NCBI GenBank assembly: GCA_048128005.1
Contig: JBEUKZ010000068.1
Location: 62,001-126,000 of the forward strand
Length of the DNA stretch: 64,000 bases
Source: Veleropilina oligotropha
Taxonomy: Eukaryota
Direction of reading: 5' to 3'
This document shows, piece by piece, positions 57,407 to 64,000 of the stretch. Position 1 is the first letter of the stretch. Every line of letters starts with the position of its first letter. The notes beneath the pieces are model-generated. The model had not been told where the DNA came from. It did not search any database and saw nothing but the letters and a program-made list of their open reading frames with translations. Both the position numbers and the translations under genes were made by a program.

Positions 57407-59245
57407 CGGTGAGGCCACTGATGTTGACTGCAGGGCCGCTACAAGGGGTGAGGCCACTGATGTTGACTGTACGGCAGCTACAAGGGGTGAGGCCACTGAT
57501 GTTGACTGCAGGGCAGCTACAGGGGGCGAGGCCACTGATGTTGACTGTAGGGCCGCTACAAGGGGCGAGGCAACTGATGTTGACTGCAGGGCCGCTACAA
57601 GGGGTGAGGCCACTGATGTTGACTGAAGGGCAGCTACAAGGGGTGAGGCCACTGATGTTGACTGAAGGGCAGCTACAAGGGGTGAGGCCACTGATGTTGA
57701 CTGCAGGGCCGCTACAAGGGGTGAGGCCACTGATGTTGACTGCAGGGCAGCTACAAGGGGTGAGGCCACTGGTGTTGACTGCAGGGCAGCTACAAGGGGT
57801 GAGGCCACTGATGTTGACTGCATGGCCGCTACAAGGGGTGAGGCCACTGATGTTGACTGTAGGGCCGCTACAAGGGGTGAGGCCACTGATGTTGACTGCA
57901 GGGCCGCTACAAGGGGTGAGGCCCTTGATGTTGACTGCAGGGCAGCTACAAGGGGTGAGGCCACTGGTGTTGACTGTAGGGCCGCTACAAGGGGTGATGC
58001 CACTGATGTTGACTGCAGGGCAGCTACAAGGGGTGAGGCCACTGGTGTTGACTGCAGGGCAGCTACAAGGGGTGAGGCCACTGATGTTGACTGTAGGGCC
58101 GCTACAAGGGGTGAGGCCACTGATGTTGACTGAAGGGCAGCTACAAGGGGTGAGGCCACTGGTGTTGACTGCGGGGCCGCTACAAGGGGTGAGGCCCCTG
58201 GTGTTGACTGAAGGGCAGCTACAAGGGGTGTGGCCACTGGTGTTGACTGCGGGGCCGCTACAAGGGGTGAGGCCACTGGTGTTGACTGCAGGGCAGCTAC
58301 AAGGGGTGAGGCCACTGATGTTGACTGCAGGGCCGCTACAAGGGGTGAGGCCACTGGTGTTGACTGCAGGGCAGCTACAAGGGGTGTGGCCACTGGTGTT
58401 GACTGCGGGGCCGCTACAAGGGGTGAGGCCACTGGTGTTGACTGCAGGGCCGCTACAAGGGGTGACTGCATGGCCGCTACAAGGGGTGAGGCCACTGGTG
58501 TTGACTGCAGGGCCGCTACAAGAGGTGAGGCCACTGATGTTGACTGTACGGCAGCTACAAGGGTTGAGGCCGCTGGTGTTGACTGCAGGGCCGCTACAAG
58601 GGGTGAGGCCACTGGTGTTGACTGCAGGGCAGCTACAAGGGGTGAGGCCACTGATGTTGACTGTACGACAGCTACAAGGGGTGGGGCCACTGGTGTTGAC
58701 TGCAGGGCCGCTACAAGGGGTGAGGCCACTGGTGTTGACTGCAGGGCAGCTACAAGGGGTGAGGCCACTGGTGTTGACTGCAGGGCCGCTACAGGGGGCG
58801 AGGCCACTGATGTTGACTGCAGGGCCGCTACAAGGGGTGAGGCCACTGATGTTGACTGCAGGGCCGCTACAAGGGGTGAGGCCACTGGTGTTGACTGCAG
58901 GGCAGCTACAAGGGGTGAGGCCACTGGTGTTGACTGCAGGGCCGCTACAAGGGGTGAGGCCACTAATGTTGACTGCAGGGCCGCTACAAGGGGTGAGGCC
59001 ACTGATGTTGACTGCAGGGCCGCTACAAGGGGTGAGGCCACTGATGTTGACTGCAGGGCCGCTACAAGGGGTGAGGCCACTGATGTTGACTGCATGGCCG
59101 CTACAAGGGGTCTGGGATCAATTCCAGAAATCGATGAATGTAAATAAGAAACCAACTACACAGGAGCACCCCAGTCGGAAGTGGGCTTTTATGATTGAGG
59201 GGTGAGGCCACTGATGTTGACTGCAGGGCCGCTACAAGGGGTGTG
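57407..59245. repeat. 39-bp GC-rich minisatellite, roughly 45 units
   Basis: Unit GGTGAGGCCACTGATGTTGACTGCAGGGCCGCTACAAGG; a ~120-bp flank is duplicated at its right edge. Confidence 0.95.
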
Positions 59246-60139
59246 GGATCAATTCCAGAAATCGACGAATGTAAATAAGAAACCAACTACACAGGAGCAC
59301 CCCAGTCGGAACTGGGCTTTTATAATTTCGCTTTGTAGAAACAGTTTGTTTATCCAAGATCATACATGAATTTGTTGGGACTAAAACAGACGGAATGGGC
59401 GATTCTTGTTTCTGCTGGACATAAAATGTCTTTTGAACAGGTCGAGAATCACATAGAATCTGAATTTCTGCGACAGCAAATGTTGCATGGCTGACTCTAT
59501 AACACCATTGACACATGTTGCATGGCTGACTCTATAACACCATTGACACATGTTACGATGGTTTCTTCCGATTCAGGCAATGTGACAATCAATATTTATC
59601 GCTGTATTCATTGCCGCTATCGACAGAAGTGGACTTGCCTTGCTTGGCCAGATTTTGTCCGTTGGAAACATTTTTAACTTTCATGGGGTTTTTAATGTGA
59701 CATTCAAAACCACAAACATAAAAATACTCACTGGCGTAATGAAAATTAATGGAAAAGATCTATGCTTAAAGAGACTATTGCCCGTAAATGCGCTCTTTTC
59801 GTGACTGTGTAGCATGACTAATCACCCACTATCGCACGGTTCGCGCAGATTGATAAAACTTTCGCGAAGATATGATCGATATATGATCAAATGATATTTT
59901 TTTTATTGAAATTATTATATATATTATTGTCAAATAGAAAGTTATCTTACTTGACGAGCAGAAACCTACGCAACGTGGCTCCGACTTTTTATATCTTCAG
60001 TAGCGATTAACTTAAACGGTAGCAAATAACTGACGAAAGTTGAGTGCTGAAAATTCGTAACTTTTGATGTTATAAACAAAAAGTTTAATGCGGTTAGTTT
60101 TCTTTTCAAAGAAAAAAGAGCGCATTTATGAGCAATAGT

Positions 60140-60375
60140 CTTTTTAATGTCCTGTATATTTCCAACCATCATTTGATTCAAAGCAAGACATGTCCATATT
60201 ATCGCTGGCGGAAAGCCCGGTCGCCCTATGCAACCCGCCCTCTCCGATTCATAACTTGAACATAGTGTGATGTCCCCGCCAAAGTTTGAACCCACAACTG
60301 TTCGCGTTAGCGGAATCAATCTGGTAATTTCAAAACCGAGTCCACAACCGATACCACACGGCTGTCGAAGCGATC
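60140..60375 (-). mobile_element. tRNA-derived SINE, second copy
   Basis: Reverse complement shares GATTCCGCTAA..CGAAC, GTTCAAGTTATGAATC and AATATACAGGACATTAA with 56080-56350. Confidence 0.62.
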
Positions 60376-62257
60376 ACACTGGTGTAATGACTCTGATGTG
60401 CTCATATGTTATAGCCAAGAAAGAGTTGACATAATAAACTTTGAGATAATAACTACACATATAAATGTTTACGCAATAAATGTTCACGCCATAAATGTTA
60501 ACGCCATTAAAAAAATCAATCGGTTTTGCTCAAAATTTTAACACGTGATGGCATGTACCCTCATTAGATCCTCCAAAATAAGGTATGAATCAGAAGGTTC
60601 TGGTGTTCAAATTTAAAACAACGTTGTGCACAAATCAAATTGGGCTCAAAGGCCCGAATTCATAAAGCATTTTAACGTGCGTACAGTTATAACCCGATTA
60701 TCTTTTACACAGTAGATAAAACAATATTGTCCGCGGACATCTAAATGATTGTCTAAACTGCAATTCACAAGCAGCGATGATCGACCGCTTAGACGTCCGC
60801 GAGTAACTCCTAACTGAATGCCATATGGTTTCATTGTTCGTTGCTCTACCCAAAGATGAAATACACAACTATGACGAACGTGCACTTGAAGCGTGTCTAA
60901 AGTTCGTATTTGGATACAATGTCGGGAGAGAAGCGAGGGGACAACATTTCGTGCGAACAGAGAATGGGCCTGATTGATGCAGTAGAATATTCTGAACCAA
61001 AATCAGTCCCGTTAAATTTGACTTTAATCTGACGCTTATTGTATGTGATCTTTGCATGAAAGTTATGATCATATCTTGAAATTTTTTTAAGATATATTAA
61101 TAAATGTTGTAAATGTCGATATTGAATTAAAAGCGCGTGCCTTTTATTCAATATTGAAATTTTCATTGTCTAGTACTAATCTTAAAATTTTATTTTTATA
61201 TAACTATCATAACGTTATGCAAAGAATACATACTTAAAATGTCAGATTAAATGACGTTATTTCGTATTTTAAAGGACCTGTGAACACATAATATATTCTG
61301 GCTGATAATAATGCAATCGTATATTTATTTATCCTAATTAGTAGCGCCATGATTTAGATTATCAAAACATGGATACAATAGATCCTTAGCAAGTCACCCA
61401 GAAATTTACCGTACACTTATTAGGTGACGACACACTAGACCCACGAATCCTAATGCTATTGTTCCTGTTGAGTAACCAATTTGCGGACAATGATGTTGAC
61501 ATCGAATTGAAAAGGTTCCGAGCAGCCTTTCCATCGGTGACGTCAAATTCGTCCCCTGACCTGAAAATATGACTATTCTTGAGCTGATTGATTATTTCGC
61601 CAGGTCAGCTTACAATAAACGCGGACACTCGTGAAAGACTAACACTGGTTGGAACATGTAAAAATACTGAACATTGAGTATCGATCCATTAAATTCGTAT
61701 GAAATTAACAGTTTTAAATGCATTTGTTAGCATACTACTATCTGCCATATAGTTCATCCCGATCAGAATTTTAAGACGTCATATCAGTTTTTGTTTTTTC
61801 TGCTCGAGCGCGAGAACTACTAGCCGTAGAGACATTTTGCTTTCACCATAATGATAATTGTCATTTATGCGACGGGATGCATGTTTAATTTAGGTTACGT
61901 GTCATCCACAATATAGCAATCTTTATGCAGGTCTGTGATCTATTCATAAGCTGTTTGCTGAACGCAATTAATGCGATTATCGATTTTACATGTTTTACTA
62001 GTAATTGTTTATATTAATTTTGTAGATTCATAGAAAACATAACTTGACGCGTTTGGAACGTTTACTGGTCATTATTTCAAAGTGTGCTTGAAAAGTTTCA
62101 TGCGAGATTGTTGCACAGTGGTTCTTATATCAAATCGCGGACACTTTTACGATACATTTCGAGAACCAAAATGAACGGGGGTATGTATTCTAAATAATGC
62201 TTATTTCTATACATACTACATCCAATGTAATTTATGATTGATAATTTATGGTGTAAA

Positions 62258-62582
62258 GGCCAAGTGGTGGACTGGCCAGGTGGTGGACCGGCCAGGTGGT
62301 GTACCGGCCAGGTGGTGTACCGGCCAGGTGGTGTACTGGCCAGGTGGTGTACAGGCCAGGTGGTGTACCGGCCAGGTGGTGTACCGGCCAGGTGGTGTAC
62401 GTGCCAGGTGTGTACAGGCCAGGTGGTGTACAGGCCAGGTGGTGTACTGGCCAGGTGGTGTACAGGCCAGGTGGTGTACTGGCCAGGTGTGTACAGGCCA
62501 GGTGGTGTACAGGCCATGTGGTGTACTGGCCAGGTGGTGTACAGGCCAGGTGGTGTACTGGCCAGGTGGTGTACAAGCCAGT
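62258..62582. repeat. ~17-bp minisatellite
   Basis: Unit GGCCAGGTGGTGTAC(A/C/T) repeated about 20 times. Confidence 0.92.
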
Positions 62583-62919
62583 GGCATCGGCCTCAATTAT
62601 CTCGCTGGTCCCTTCTCATTCAAAGAAGTTGATACAAAACCTCGGCTGAGCAATTCGTGCAATTAACAATCGCATTTGTCCATTGCGGGTGTGTTTTCTG
62701 GCGATCATCCGCCATAATATGAACATGCCTTCTAATAACAAGATATTGGATGGTGTTACAGCATCATCAATTTATAGTGCACTATGTACACGTTGGGCTG
62801 TATGACATTATTGTGTTTGTGTTGAAACAGACCAATTGTGGATCGCGTCTGTATATGTTTGTCTTGAAACAGTGGGATCACTTTGATTCGTTCCGGATAC
62901 AAACGTTGTTATGTCTTAA

Positions 62920-63534
62920 GACCTTTTCACAAATACGCCGAACCGAATCCGAACCGAAACCAAATAAAAATTGAATCTATAGAAATGTACTAGAGCTTTC
63001 ACACATACTCCCGAAACGAACGTTGTTACATCATAAGTCCTTTTCACAAATACGCCGAACCGAATCCGAACCGAAACCAAATAAAAATGGAATTTATAGA
63101 AATGTACTAGAGCTTTCACACATACTCCCGAAACGAAACCGTAAACGAGCCGAATTCGGTGCACAATTTCAATATCTATTTTTTTTCGGATTCCGTGAAC
63201 CAAATTTTAATAAACCATTAGATGCCTGGGTGTGACGCGTACATGGGACCTAAACATTTATCATCAAAATGATCCGCATTCATCCTAATGTATGCAAAGA
63301 CCGATCTCTGTGGTGCTGTTTCAATTATTCCACATACCCTTTATATATATACGAGCATCTCATCATCGCAGCTATCGTATGTATCAACCATATTGCACTA
63401 GCGTTAATGAAGTAAATAGTAATGATGCGGTACGAAATCGGTGTAATGTGTGAAAGCCCCACCGAAACCGAATCGGCAACAATTCGGATTTCGGTTTCGG
63501 TTCGGATTCGGTTCGACGTATGTGTGAAACGATC
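62920..63534. mobile_element. MITE with imperfect TIRs and an internal ~118-bp tandem duplication
   Basis: TTTCACAAATACGCCGAACCGAATCCGAACCGAAACC is inverted at 63490-63530; TTAA on both flanks. Confidence 0.65.
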
Positions 63535-64000
63535 TTAATTGGTCGTTTTAGATGAACATCGATGATCGATTTATTTGAAAACCCTGACTAATTTCATGTC
63601 AAATGTTCTCCGACACTAATAAGTTATGTTGGAATTGTTGGTAAAATTTTAATGTGTGCTTATAATAAACAATAATCTTAATTCATGTTTTGCAAATGCA
63701 CCATACAAAATATCATCTAAATTTGGTCGCATTTATTCATCAATAACACGAATTGCTTTTTATATGATCATTTGGTTCAATAGGGTTGCTCACAATTGCA
63801 GTAAAATGATATAAATAGATTGTCCGCAGGTAGAAAGCGGACAAACAATGGTCAAATGCAATGAAGTCTGCCTGTATTTGTCCGCATGTGTGACGTCAAT
63901 TGCGACCAACCCTATTCAACTCGATGTTTCTTTTCGCTTGCAGCTAAATCTTCAAGCAGTAATTCACATACCATTGATTTTTTGGAATCTGTTCACAAAA

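Noticed and set aside
57407..59245. CRISPR array
   Set aside because: The units are contiguous 39-bp tandem repeats with no unique spacers, there are no cas genes, and the context is eukaryotic.
62125..62666. Several overlapping ORFs of 110-140 aa
   Set aside because: By-products of a stop-free ~17-bp minisatellite.

Overview
Eukaryotic (probably invertebrate animal) AT-rich DNA made almost entirely of nested mobile elements; no host gene can be called with confidence. A minus-strand CR1/L2-group LINE (~1422-49965) is split by two large insertions. The first is a BEL/Pao LTR retrotransposon (3380-28567, TSD GGAAG). Its gag carries a tyrosine-recombinase Crypton-like element (4616-7110) and a 16.2-kb GC-rich endogenous Polinton-like/MELD-type DNA virus (7875-24090). 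The second is an env-bearing Ty3/Gypsy element (30386-47989) that contains an intact, young Gmr1-type Gypsy (36675-43844) and two nested MITEs. Small Crypton-like elements, non-autonomous Helitrons, SINEs, a LINE relic and minisatellites make up the rest. The most notable system is the viral element. It has ~250-bp TIRs (AGCAGC...GCTGCT), major and minor capsid genes, an A32-type packaging ATPase and an rve integrase, and I found no adenain-type protease. One frameshift-broken replicase reads OTU-like protease / apparently exonuclease-less protein-primed PolB / SF1 helicase / HNH. There is also an unusual set of membrane proteins, one starting with tandem PSAP and LYPxL late-domain motifs. All family assignments come from motif recognition by eye, not from database searches.
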